64,000 nt of DNA from the IMG/VR virus record IMGVR_UViG_3300009285_007322, one strand, 5' to 3'. The DNA is from a virus. The notes under the pieces were generated by a model that saw nothing but the letters and a program-made list of their open reading frames with translations, did not search any database and had not been told where the DNA came from. This document shows positions 33,722-42,620 of this stretch, in pieces. The position numbers were made by a program, and so were the translations under genes. The first letter of the stretch is position 1; each line of letters begins with the position of its first letter.

Positions 33722-34964
33722 CTTCGGGATCCTCCAGGACCTCGAAGCCCTGGAGCAGTTCTTCCGAACTCATTTGCGGCCTGTCTCCGGCCAGCGTAGT
33801 CAATAGCTGTGTTCCATGTGTATCGAGCAAGCTTTTCAGATACGATGCCGAACACTCGGCAGGATCCGGTCCCGGATTGGGAAGATACACCGGAACTACG
33901 CCTCTCGGAAAGATCTTCTGGCTGTGCAGTGTCTCTGCCAGCTTGAAGGTCTCCTCGGAAGCTTCCGGGTCCAGCATCACAAGCGCTCCGGCATTCTGCG
34001 AGAAGGCCACGTTCATGATAGCCATCTGCGCCTGGGAAACCGTCTTGCCGAACAGAGCAAGCGCAGGACATCCCACACGGAACGCATCGAACACACCTTC
34101 CACGATCACCACCGTGTTACCCAGCAGGGCGCGGTCCAGGTTGAACAGGGACCTGGACTTATCCAGGCGCGGACCGAAGAAGTACTTGGGTTCCCGTCCG
34201 GAAGGAGGGTCATAGGGAGTACGTCCCTGCCAGCCTACCAGTCTGCGTCCCTGAATCACGGGCACTACGATACGCTCGCCCCACAACCTGCCGAACTGCT
34301 GCTCCCACTTCACCTCCTGTCCGTGTGACTTCAGTTCCTCGACCTCTGCATCCGACATCTTCCGGTACACAGCTCCGTTGGGACTGTATCCGGCTCCGTA
34401 CTCCGCCTGCAGCGTATAGGGATCGAATGCCCTGGAATCCAGGTAGTCCAGCACATGCGCCGGAACTTCCGAGGAAGTCAACGGATAGCAGGGCTCAGGA
34501 AGCGTGTCCTCTTCGGACGCGAACAGGAAACTGTAGCCGTCGACCTTTCGAGGAGAGAACCCGGTCGACAGATCGATTGGCGGACCGTCGGTGAGTTTCA
34601 GATCCCTGATCCACTTCGCGAACTCAGGAGCTTCGTGGTTGCAGTGCTCGTTGTGGCACACGCACACGAACGGAGAGAAATTCACCAGGCCCTTGCGGTT
34701 TGGAACCCGCACCTTCGCTCCAGCAAGGTGACAGAAGAACAACCGCCTGCGCTTGTCTCCGCAGAACGGACAGTTCATCCGGTAAGACTCTCCCCAGTGT
34801 TCCACTGTGGGAAAGGCCTTCCTGCCGTTGTATCCTGCACGGGCCGGAGCCTGCGAGTAGGACGCCGGCTCGCACTCGCTCACAACCTCTGCCGACGGGT
34901 CCGCCCGTTTCAGGATGCCGAACAGGTAGTCATTGATCATGGTCCTGTTCCACGTTTGTGCCAA
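33711..34964 (-). CDS. dnaG: DnaG-type DNA primase
   Basis: Zn finger CPFC..CHNEHC; VGWQGR; KY; TOPRIM VIVEGVFDA..ALFG..MLDPEA. Confidence 0.9.
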   Translation of the reverse strand: MAQTWNRTMINDYLFGILKRADPSAEVVSECEPASYSQAPARAGYNGRKAFPTVEHWGESYRMNCPFCGDKRRRLFFCHLAGAKVRVPNRKGLVNFSPFVCVCHNEHCNHEAPEFAKWIRDLKLTDGPPIDLSTGFSPRKVDGYSFLFASEEDTLPEPCYPLTSSEVPAHVLDYLDSRAFDPYTLQAEYGAGYSPNGAVYRKMSDAEVEELKSHGQEVKWEQQFGRLWGERIVVPVIQGRRLVGWQGRTPYDPPSGREPKYFFGPRLDKSRSLFNLDRALLGNTVVIVEGVFDAFRVGCPALALFGKTVSQAQMAIMNVAFSQNAGALVMLDPEASEETFKLAETLHSQKIFPRGVVPVYLPNPGPDPAECSASYLKSLLDTHGTQLLTTLAGDRPQMSSEELLQGFEVLEDPEDDE

Positions 34965-35169
34965 ATGCGGTTTTCAGCACATCCTCGGGACATAGCCGCC
35001 AACACACTAGTCCATCCTGGGACAGTCCTAGCTGTACAAAGCCCTTCTCGGTAAGCTCGATCTGATCCAGCCATACCACCTTCTCGTCACTGATCTCGTC
35101 CTTCAGGATGTAGCACATCAGGACTACAGCCAGGAGTGCAGCCAGCAGGACAATCAGTATGCTCTTCAT
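34930..35169 (-). CDS. Small membrane-anchored protein (79 aa)
   Basis: N-terminal hydrophobic helix ILIVLLAALLAVVLMCYIL. Confidence 0.55.
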   Translation of the reverse strand: MKSILIVLLAALLAVVLMCYILKDEISDEKVVWLDQIELTEKGFVQLGLSQDGLVCWRLCPEDVLKTAFGTNVEQDHDQ

Positions 35170-35188
35170 CGACTTTAGGCTTTCGCCA

Positions 35189-35386
35189 CTATCGCAGATC
35201 ATCTTCCGTGTCCTCGTCCAAGATTGCATCCTCTTCGGCACTCTCCCTCATGCATTCATCGCATATATCCAGACCCGCCTCGCACGGATCTCCGCACTCG
35301 TCGCACAAGTTCCCGTTTCCGTTACAGCAGAAACAGCGCTTTCCGTTGGCGAACACTCCTTCTCCGTCGCAGTCGTCGCAGATCAT
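35189..35386 (-). CDS. Cys-rich Zn-finger protein with DnaJ-like CxxCxGxG repeats (65 aa)
   Basis: CDDCDGEG..CFCCNGNG..CDEC..CDEC; GGA RBS. Confidence 0.6.
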   Translation of the reverse strand: MICDDCDGEGVFANGKRCFCCNGNGNLCDECGDPCEAGLDICDECMRESAEEDAILDEDTEDDLR

Positions 35387-35400
35387 TCCTGTTCTCCGTG

Positions 35401-35946
35401 TTATCCGTGGTTCTTTCTGTACTGCTCGCACTCGGCTAACCACCCTGCTTTGTTTCCGGTAATCAGGTATGGACTTGCCCAACTCAGTACCGCTATAGCG
35501 TTGGACAGCCAGACGAAGCCTTCTCCGCGGCTACCCCACAAGTCAGGCACTCCCAGACCATCGGCTAAAGTCTGAATGCTCGCCCCGTACATCTCCTCCA
35601 CCACTTCCGGACCGTGGGCGAATATCCAGTCCAGGTTCGCCTTCTGCCGCCTGGCGGACTCCTGCTCGTCCTTCCACTCTTTCAGCTTGTCCAGCCTGCC
35701 GCTCTCTATCAGGGTCAGATGCTTCTCTTCGTACCACGAGTGCTGCCCACTGCCTTTAAGATGCAAAGTATACTGCGGTCTGCTGTATCCCCCGTACTCC
35801 GGGCCATACTGGTCCGCATAGCTGCCGAGCACAATCGCGTCACAGTCTGACGGGAAATGACTCCTGCACGACCCTTGATCCTTGGCCACACGCACCAAAT
35901 CTCCCCTGTGGAACTTCTGTTCGGTCTGCGCTTGTTCTCTCGTCAT
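35401..35946 (-). CDS. Hypothetical phage protein (181 aa)
   Basis: KFHRGDLVRV..SH..AIV.GSYADQYG; coupled to the helicase. Confidence 0.75.
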   Translation of the reverse strand: MTREQAQTEQKFHRGDLVRVAKDQGSCRSHFPSDCDAIVLGSYADQYGPEYGGYSRPQYTLHLKGSGQHSWYEEKHLTLIESGRLDKLKEWKDEQESARRQKANLDWIFAHGPEVVEEMYGASIQTLADGLGVPDLWGSRGEGFVWLSNAIAVLSWASPYLITGNKAGWLAECEQYRKNHG

Positions 35947-37328
35947 TCCAAAGTGTCCTCATCGTCTTCGTCGAAATCGGACAACGTCTCCATGCCCGAA
36001 GACGGGTCCATAGGAACTAACAGCTGGGCGTCTCCATCCAGCGTGAACGTCTGGATGTATCCTGGCTCCACATCGCGGGACACATCCAGCTTGTACGTGA
36101 TCGTATGATCCTTCACATTCAGCCTAGTGGACACGAATGCCGAGTCCACGTACGCGCTGAGCATCCTGTTCTCCGCAGCGTTGCCGCAAGTAAGATTGGA
36201 AATGTTGTCGGCCTGCTTGGATGTGGCAACAGCTGCAGCCATCTGCATAAGCACAAACACACGTGTCCCAAGATCCTGGGCCATTCGTTTCAGCATCAGA
36301 AAGTGTGCCAGCTCCTGCGACCGCATCTCGGCTCCATCCATCCTGCGACCGCTGGCCATCATAGCTGCCTTCACCCTGTCCCACATGTCGCGCCACCAGT
36401 CCAGGATGATCAGAGATGGAATCGGCCTACCCTTGCGGGCAAAGTTGTCCAGAAGGATCTTCTTGATTGAATCGGCTCCGTGATTCAGGGCCGACGGATC
36501 ATCGAAGCTCTCCGCGGCGTATGGAAAGAAATGCTGCCTCCATGCCGGTATGCCTGCTTCCAGCCTGGCACGCACGTCGGGCTTGAGCTGACTGAACGAT
36601 TCCACACCTTCCCAGTCCGACTTCCTGGAATCCGACGCCATCAGGTACACGCGTGTGGCCAGATTGCCTTTGGCGCGCTGCTCGAAGTTCATGTACAGGA
36701 CATCGAGCATTTTGGCGACCATGCACTTGGCCAGCTGGATGGACAGCAACGTCTTGCAGGACTTCAACGGACTTACCAGCATGGTCAGGGTCTCGGACGG
36801 CGGCAAGCCTCCGAATGGGCAGTCGAACAGGGGAAAACCCAGACGTATCTTGGGCTCTGCCAGCAGGAACTGTTCCCCATCTTCTGCGAACAGGTCCAAA
36901 GGCGCCGGGCTGGATCCGGTGTTCAGGTCTCGAATGTGCGATAGACTGGCGATTACACGATCTACCGCTCCGGGCGTGTCCAGGTCCTCGTAGTTCTCGA
37001 GCACGCGCTGAGCCGCATAGGACTTCAGCGAATCCAGGCAGAAGCGCTGGGTGGGAACTTCGGACTCCGACACATGGCGAATCAGCTGCGCGACTGCGCC
37101 GCTGTAGGCCGGAGCATCGGATTTGACAGCGAACAGCACCTGCTGACGGAACAGGTCCGGTGCGGCATGCAGTCCGGAAGCCTGCGTCTTGCGTATGGCA
37201 CGCCAGAGGCACGCGTACACAGGATCCGGGGTAGGCGGAGCATCTGCACACCTCAGCAGCTCGGGCAGGCGCTCGGGCCACTTCAGAGCTGCGTGCAGGA
37301 AGCAGAGAGTGACACTGCGAGGGTCCAA
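35943..37328 (-). CDS. dnaB: DnaB-like replicative helicase (divergent)
   Basis: TMLVSPLKSCKT (Walker A variant); LYMNFEQ; LIILDW (Walker B); LKRMAQDLGTRVFVLMQ (H3). Likely TTG start at 37328 with GGAGA RBS; the ORF track extends to 37649. Confidence 0.75.
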   Translation of the reverse strand: MDPRSVTLCFLHAALKWPERLPELLRCADAPPTPDPVYACLWRAIRKTQASGLHAAPDLFRQQVLFAVKSDAPAYSGAVAQLIRHVSESEVPTQRFCLDSLKSYAAQRVLENYEDLDTPGAVDRVIASLSHIRDLNTGSSPAPLDLFAEDGEQFLLAEPKIRLGFPLFDCPFGGLPPSETLTMLVSPLKSCKTLLSIQLAKCMVAKMLDVLYMNFEQRAKGNLATRVYLMASDSRKSDWEGVESFSQLKPDVRARLEAGIPAWRQHFFPYAAESFDDPSALNHGADSIKKILLDNFARKGRPIPSLIILDWWRDMWDRVKAAMMASGRRMDGAEMRSQELAHFLMLKRMAQDLGTRVFVLMQMAAAVATSKQADNISNLTCGNAAENRMLSAYVDSAFVSTRLNVKDHTITYKLDVSRDVEPGYIQTFTLDGDAQLLVPMDPSSGMETLSDFDEDDEDTLE

Positions 37329-37846
37329 AAGCCTGTCTCCACATCTGGTGGCAGAACTGTTCGCACATAAGGCAGGCCGACATACTCGGCCATCATTCCG
37401 GGCAGCCTTTCGCCGCGCAGCCTGTCGGCGTCCTGCCGGCAGGCAGACAAGAGAAGAACATACCGCAAGATCAGCGGAGCATTTTGCCAGTATCCGGCGG
37501 AAGACACCGACAGCACCCCTTCGTAGGCAGCGGTCGGATACTTGGGGAACGAATCCAGGAATGCGTCGGACATCCGCCCCGACATCAGAGTCCACATTGT
37601 CAGCACGTTCGCGCTGTTCCGGCAGTGGGCACGACAGGTCTTCAGCCAATACATGTACCAGCCCAGTGCATGTTTTCCCGGCAATCCGTTGTCTTCAAAC
37701 TTGCGCTCAAGCGACGCGAACCGGGGTTGCTCGCGCAGATGAACTCCAAGGCCGAGGGAACCGCTGGACAGTGCCCAGTATATCTCCCTCAAACCTGGAG
37801 GCGGCAGGTGCGAAATGTCAGGCAGGTTAGGTCGGATCGATCCCAT
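37283..37846 (-). CDS. Hypothetical protein (187 aa)
   Basis: AGGTGAGG RBS; directly upstream of the helicase. Confidence 0.65.
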   Translation of the reverse strand: MGSIRPNLPDISHLPPPGLREIYWALSSGSLGLGVHLREQPRFASLERKFEDNGLPGKHALGWYMYWLKTCRAHCRNSANVLTMWTLMSGRMSDAFLDSFPKYPTAAYEGVLSVSSAGYWQNAPLILRYVLLLSACRQDADRLRGERLPGMMAEYVGLPYVRTVLPPDVETGFWTLAVSLSASCTQL

Positions 37847-37853
37847 TCGGCCC

Positions 37854-38066
37854 TCACCTTACAGTTCCCTTTACGATAATGCCGTCCCTGATTACAGCGG
37901 ACGCATACCAGCGATGCGGTTCCGGATAATGCGGTCCCTCCAGACACACCTGTCCGTCCCGCTGCTCTTCGAACAGCCCGCCAGGTTGGAATGTGGCTAC
38001 CTGTTGCCCACTGGCCACTGCTTCCTTGAGCGACTTCTTGAACTTGAAATTGATTACGGTATACAT
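37854..38066 (-). CDS. Conserved small phage protein (70 aa)
   Basis: MYT..NFK.KK.LKEAV..QPG..EGPHYP.PH.WYA pattern. Confidence 0.8.
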   Translation of the reverse strand: MYTVINFKFKKSLKEAVASGQQVATFQPGGLFEEQRDGQVCLEGPHYPEPHRWYASAVIRDGIIVKGTVR

Positions 38067-38407
38067 CAGTCTCTGTTCTCTTGCTCGATGTGCGTTTCAG
38101 TGTCTGTCAACGGCCACGCACCCTCTGCCGAGTATGCGCACTTCATGCGGTCAACCGGCACGTCGCCAGTCCACCACGCCCTGCCCCATTCGTTGTGGTG
38201 ATCGGGCAGCATTTGTACCGGTGTGACACACTCAACACGCATTATGACCTTGCGCCCGACCTTCATTGCCCACGCCATTGCGGCTTGCAACGTGTCAAAC
38301 CCACGTACCGGGGCGTTGATTCGGCCCGTCTGCCGGTATGCCTTCACCAGCTTGCCCGTCGTAACATGAAACAGTGAACAAGGAGGTGAAGCACACTCTC
38401 TATACAT
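38066..38407 (-). CDS. Hypothetical phage protein (113 aa)
   Basis: LFHVTT..Y..TG.I..PVRGF. Confidence 0.7.
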   Translation of the reverse strand: MYRECASPPCSLFHVTTGKLVKAYRQTGRINAPVRGFDTLQAAMAWAMKVGRKVIMRVECVTPVQMLPDHHNEWGRAWWTGDVPVDRMKCAYSAEGAWPLTDTETHIEQENRD

Positions 38408-38634
38408 CAGCCTCTATCCTCCTGCTCGATGTATGGTTCGATACCTACAAGCCACAATCCGCTACTACTGGTGAAATCGTCCATCATCAGGTAGTCTCCC
38501 AGGATGCGGGCGGCCTCCCCTTCATCTACACCAGACATCAGTGCATTGGCATCGTCCTCTTCCATATCGATGACAACGTCATACACCACCTCTTCGGTGG
38601 CCTTGACGTGCACTTTCACTTTCTTAGGATCCAT
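38407..38634 (-). CDS. Acidic hypothetical protein (75 aa)
   Basis: Coupled to the next gene. Confidence 0.65.
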   Translation of the reverse strand: MDPKKVKVHVKATEEVVYDVVIDMEEDDANALMSGVDEGEAARILGDYLMMDDFTSSSGLWLVGIEPYIEQEDRG

Positions 38635-38662
38635 TGCTGTTGCTCCATCTTATCTAGATACA

Positions 38663-40117
38663 TCAGGTTATCCGCTGGACAATCCAGCCTTCCTTTCTGT
38701 ACCTTGCCATTCTTGCTTCGGACCTTCGTTCAAACCCACTGAACCGGTCGTAGAAGTCGATCAGGACCGCACAATCCTTACCGTCGGTCTTCCTGGCCAA
38801 TCGTCCACCTATCTGGATACATGCGATCTCATTGACAGTGCCGTCTGCACGCACCAGCCACTTGAGCTGCTTGAAGTCCATAGCTTCCCGCCAGACAGGC
38901 GTGGCGATGACCTTCTTCAGCTTCGCACTCTCGAAATCGGTGCGGCTTCCGTCCGCGTCTATGCGGAACTTGGGAAGATGCTTCCATCCAGGAGGAAGAA
39001 GCTGTCTTTCCAGCAGTTCCTCCTCGCGCTCTCCGGACGGCTGCCTGAACACGCACGTGTAGTCCGGAAGTAACCTATGTATGTTCAGCACATGCTCCAG
39101 CGTTCGGCACACGATCAGAGTCTGGTCGTCTTCCGGAATATCCCGGCACAGGTGTGCCAGAAGCCCATTCCGAGGACGATTGCACCAGATGCCCACTTTC
39201 TCCTTCACGAAATCCGGCTTGTTTTCCAGACCTTCGGGACCTTGCGCTTCATACACGTACACGTACAGCGGCACATTGGCGCCGGTGTCCACGCTGAACC
39301 GGTACGACAGGTCGACCTTGACCTTTCCGCACAGGGCTTCGATAGCCATGTCAGACTTGTCATGTCTTCCCTTGGGAGTAGCCGAGAAACCATATACCCG
39401 CTTGCCTGCAAGAGCCAGCAAACGTTCAAAAGACTTATCCGATCCCGCTCCATGCACCTCGTCAATCAGCACAATGTCGATGTTGTCTGCGGGAAGGCGA
39501 TGCAGACTCTTGTCGGCCAGGACATAGATATCTGCATCAAAGCAGGAAGAGTTGGCTCTGAGCAGGCACACCGTCTTCTCCGGAACACCCGTCCTGACAC
39601 GATCGTAGATACTGTCGCGTGCGTCTCCCTTGAAAGTCACGACCGCTACTTTGGACTTGCCGCAGGCGCGCAGGAACTGGACGATGGTCTCAGTCTTGCC
39701 AAGACCCGTGGCCGCCTTGATGGTGGCACGGCGTTCCGTGCCCATGACCTGCAGAATCTCTGGTTGTCCCGGACGCAGATCTACCGATAGCTGCGACAGG
39801 TCGAGGGGCTCCGGCTTTGTACTCAGGTCCATTACCGTATAGGCTACACGCAGCTTTGCCAAACCGTCTGAAATCCGGTCCAGCAAGCCAGGATACGAAT
39901 ACCCGACCTGATGCTGATCGGTAGAATCCTTGTCCAGCGTGTAGAGCTGTTCCTCGCGTACTACCGGACGTCTATCCACCCGCCAGTTGCCGGAAGCGGT
40001 AAGGACGGGCTGCTGCAGGACCATGCGGCGCTTGAATCCAAGCAGGTGCTCGAGTTCAGGTATCCATGGGTCCACCAGCACATAGGCGTCCGCAACCACA
40101 ACCGTTGTCTGTCTCAC
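38663..40117 (-). CDS. Superfamily 2 helicase (UvsW/XPB-like)
   Basis: AATGLGKT (I); LIDEVH (II); FSATP (III); IQIGGRLAR (VI). GTG at 40117 overlaps the upstream TGA. Confidence 0.92.
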   Translation of the reverse strand: MRQTTVVVADAYVLVDPWIPELEHLLGFKRRMVLQQPVLTASGNWRVDRRPVVREEQLYTLDKDSTDQHQVGYSYPGLLDRISDGLAKLRVAYTVMDLSTKPEPLDLSQLSVDLRPGQPEILQVMGTERRATIKAATGLGKTETIVQFLRACGKSKVAVVTFKGDARDSIYDRVRTGVPEKTVCLLRANSSCFDADIYVLADKSLHRLPADNIDIVLIDEVHGAGSDKSFERLLALAGKRVYGFSATPKGRHDKSDMAIEALCGKVKVDLSYRFSVDTGANVPLYVYVYEAQGPEGLENKPDFVKEKVGIWCNRPRNGLLAHLCRDIPEDDQTLIVCRTLEHVLNIHRLLPDYTCVFRQPSGEREEELLERQLLPPGWKHLPKFRIDADGSRTDFESAKLKKVIATPVWREAMDFKQLKWLVRADGTVNEIACIQIGGRLARKTDGKDCAVLIDFYDRFSGFERRSEARMARYRKEGWIVQRIT

Positions 40118-40383
40118 GATTCCACTGTTTCCTTGCTTTTGATGTCGGAAGCTGATTTGGCGTCTTCCCACGCCTGCTTCAGCGGACTTTTCTCTGGAAG
40201 ATCTGGGAAGTCCTTACTAGCGTACTTGTTCAGACAGTCCTTGTGTGCCACAAGATCAGAGCCGCATCCCGCGACACTGAACCGCTGGATAGTTTTACCC
40301 AGTAGGATTTCTGCAAGGAAAGACTCGCCGCACAGCGCACATTGTCCAAGCCCTGAAATTCCAGGCATTCCATACACGCTCAT
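40114..40383 (-). CDS. Zn-finger protein (89 aa)
   Basis: CALC..HKDC. Confidence 0.6.
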   Translation of the reverse strand: MSVYGMPGISGLGQCALCGESFLAEILLGKTIQRFSVAGCGSDLVAHKDCLNKYASKDFPDLPEKSPLKQAWEDAKSASDIKSKETVES

Positions 40384-40515
40384 AAATTTCCCGCAGGAGA
40401 CCACTGGCTTTAGCCAGATGAGACGTGCGGGTCTCCTTTCACTACGTGCTTGACTTGTGCTGAATATGATATTCTAGTAAGATCTGAGACCATTGAACCC
40501 TGCTCTCCTGCTGTC

Positions 40516-40743
40516 CTATTCTTTATTGTTGTCCAGATCTTGCAGCAGATCCTCGACTATGTAGGGTTCAGCTATCTCGATCATAAGCTGCAGAGATGCC
40601 TTGTAGAACTTGCCGGTGTCTGCCTGAAATACGGAGATCTCTTCAGGAAGGCACACATGGTCGTACAGATCTCCTACGTCCTCCATGCGCTTGGCGTCTT
40701 CGTCATCAAGGAACCCATAGTCCAGCCATCTTGCTATCTTCAT
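40516..40743 (-). CDS. Acidic hypothetical protein
   Basis: ATGA overlap. Confidence 0.65.
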   Translation of the reverse strand: MKIARWLDYGFLDDEDAKRMEDVGDLYDHVCLPEEISVFQADTGKFYKASLQLMIEIAEPYIVEDLLQDLDNNKE

Positions 40744-40991
40744 TGCGATGCTTCCTCCGTATTCTCCTGCTCCAGGTCGCGAACGTATGCCGGATCGGCT
40801 TCATAGATTGAGAACTCCACGCTCCCTGCGTAAACCTTACCATCTTCCCCTTCGAATACACACTCTCCGACTATCTCCCAGGAGCAGGCATCGTCCAGAC
40901 ATTGTCCGACGTCCTCGAAAAGCTGTTCCGTTGTGTCTATCATGTGTGGCCGCAGGATCTTGCCAGACCTAATCCAACGTCTGATCTTCAT
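40740..40991 (-). CDS. Hypothetical protein (83 aa)
   Basis: ATGA overlaps. Confidence 0.65.
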   Translation of the reverse strand: MKIRRWIRSGKILRPHMIDTTEQLFEDVGQCLDDACSWEIVGECVFEGEDGKVYAGSVEFSIYEADPAYVRDLEQENTEEASQ

Positions 40992-41185
40992 TTTTCTGTT
41001 TTCTCCGGTACTTCGATGAACATGCGACAGGTTCCAGTCTGCTCGTCCATCAGACTGGCAGTATGACACAATATACCTACATCGTTCCTACACAGGAAAC
41101 GAGCGCACTTGCCGCTCTTCGGACAATCGGCGTCATGGCAGCGGCATATGTCCGAAGACAGTCGCCAGCGCTTATCTACCGCCAT
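40988..41185 (-). CDS. Small Cys-rich protein (65 aa)
   Basis: DICRC..C..CARF..C. Confidence 0.6.
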   Translation of the reverse strand: MAVDKRWRLSSDICRCHDADCPKSGKCARFLCRNDVGILCHTASLMDEQTGTCRMFIEVPEKTEK

Positions 41186-41499
41186 ACAGACACCTCCGCT
41201 TCAGGATTCTCGCTACAGGCCTGCAGATACTGTTCCATGAATTCGAGCAGCCCTGCGTACGAACCCCAGCCATTTGGCGGATTGAGTGCCCTGAACTTAT
41301 CTGGCTCAGCCTTCAGTCTGGCCACGGCTGCAGTCAACGGCTCAATCAGCTGACGGGCGAGCGTAATTCCGATCTCCTCTGGATGCCACAGCTCCATAAG
41401 GATGCCGGCAGCTTCGGCCATATTTTGCAGATTGTGTGTGACATTACCGTTGTAGATCGTACATGGGCGCACAGCTTTCAAGTATACATCAAGACTCAT
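41176..41499 (-). CDS. Conserved phage hypothetical protein (107 aa)
   Basis: MSLDVYL..NVTHNL..MA..L..NP.NGWGSY, a widespread phage family pattern. Confidence 0.85.
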   Translation of the reverse strand: MSLDVYLKAVRPCTIYNGNVTHNLQNMAEAAGILMELWHPEEIGITLARQLIEPLTAAVARLKAEPDKFRALNPPNGWGSYAGLLEFMEQYLQACSENPEAEVSVWR

Positions 41500-41722
41500 C
41501 CTGGCAACCCTTTTTCTTCAGACACAACGTGTCAATGCTCATTTCTCGGCAAGCCTTAGCCATGAAGTTAAGTAGCGAGCTTCTGGTCCATAGCCATATC
41601 GTGCCCTGCATCTCGTCTGGGTACCGATCTTCTGCCGCCCGGTTCGCAGCAGAAAAGCTATCATACTCTCCGAGTGAATAGACAAACTCGTTGTCTACAG
41701 ATAGATAGTATGCCTGCTTCAT
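41489..41722 (-). CDS. Hypothetical protein
   Basis: ORF in the operon direction. Confidence 0.6.
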   Translation of the reverse strand: MKQAYYLSVDNEFVYSLGEYDSFSAANRAAEDRYPDEMQGTIWLWTRSSLLNFMAKACREMSIDTLCLKKKGCQDES

Positions 41723-42027
41723 CAGAACACCCCGCTTCCGTGGAAATCAGGCATCTTCGGCAGACTATGCGGGTCAAGTCCTTTGAACTCCGCCAGGATA
41801 CATAGCACTTGCCGCAAGTTCTCGATCTGCTTTCGAGTGTACGGCCGTTTCCCCACTCTGGAATCTATGTATGCGTCGGCCGGCTGTTCGGCGAACAATC
41901 TGCCAATCATTCCTCCACCTACTGCAACATACAACACAGTCTGCATGGTGCCTATGTTCCAGTGTTGCCCATAGTCGCGGCACGCGTCCCATACGATTTC
42001 AGAGTCAAGCTTTAGTGGGTTTTCCAT
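41722..42027 (-). CDS. Hypothetical protein
   Basis: 1 nt overlap with the next gene. Confidence 0.65.
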   Translation of the reverse strand: MENPLKLDSEIVWDACRDYGQHWNIGTMQTVLYVAVGGGMIGRLFAEQPADAYIDSRVGKRPYTRKQIENLRQVLCILAEFKGLDPHSLPKMPDFHGSGVF

Positions 42028-42232
42028 CCCGTTCCTCTGCGTGCATATCGTCTGCGATATCCCGTGCCATGCGCAGACCTTCCATGCATTTGTCCAGATA
42101 TATCATTTCCTGGTATGCCTCATAGCTCTTCCTGAACATCCTGTCTTCGTGCAGCCTCCCATGTGCCTTACCGAGACGATTCAGTAAAGCACTAAGGGTA
42201 CGCCTACACCACCGCGCTTTAGATTTTGCCAT
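42005..42232 (-). CDS. Small basic hypothetical protein (75 aa)
   Basis: GAGGA RBS before the ATG at 42232. Confidence 0.55.
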   Translation of the reverse strand: MAKSKARWCRRTLSALLNRLGKAHGRLHEDRMFRKSYEAYQEMIYLDKCMEGLRMARDIADDMHAEERDGKPTKA

Positions 42233-42620
42233 AGGTTCCTCGTTCCGGCTGTTCGGCTTTACGACGTTCCCGGTTTGCCTCAACAAGAATGCCAATCAGC
42301 ACATCCACATCTTCCGGCGAGATCTCCCAATATGTGTTCGCAGCGTCGTCATACCTGGAACTTTCCAGCGGATAGCTGTGGAGCGCAGGGAATGCCTGCG
42401 GAAAAGGCTTTCCGTTCCACGCGGTCTTCCAGACATCACCTGCATACACTTCAGTATCGAAACTGACGGGAAACAGCTCGGTGCGCATATACTCTCCGTC
42501 CGTACCTACCTTCCGTCCTACTACAAACAACGAGATCACGCCGAGTTCCCGCGCGTCCTCTGCGGATATCACAGTTCCGGGAGCGCACTTTGGAACATCG
42601 TCTGCCAGTATGCGTTTCAT
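42219..42620 (-). CDS. Hypothetical protein (133 aa)
   Basis: ATGA overlap with the Rad50-like gene. Confidence 0.65.
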   Translation of the reverse strand: MKRILADDVPKCAPGTVISAEDARELGVISLFVVGRKVGTDGEYMRTELFPVSFDTEVYAGDVWKTAWNGKPFPQAFPALHSYPLESSRYDDAANTYWEISPEDVDVLIGILVEANRERRKAEQPERGTYGKI

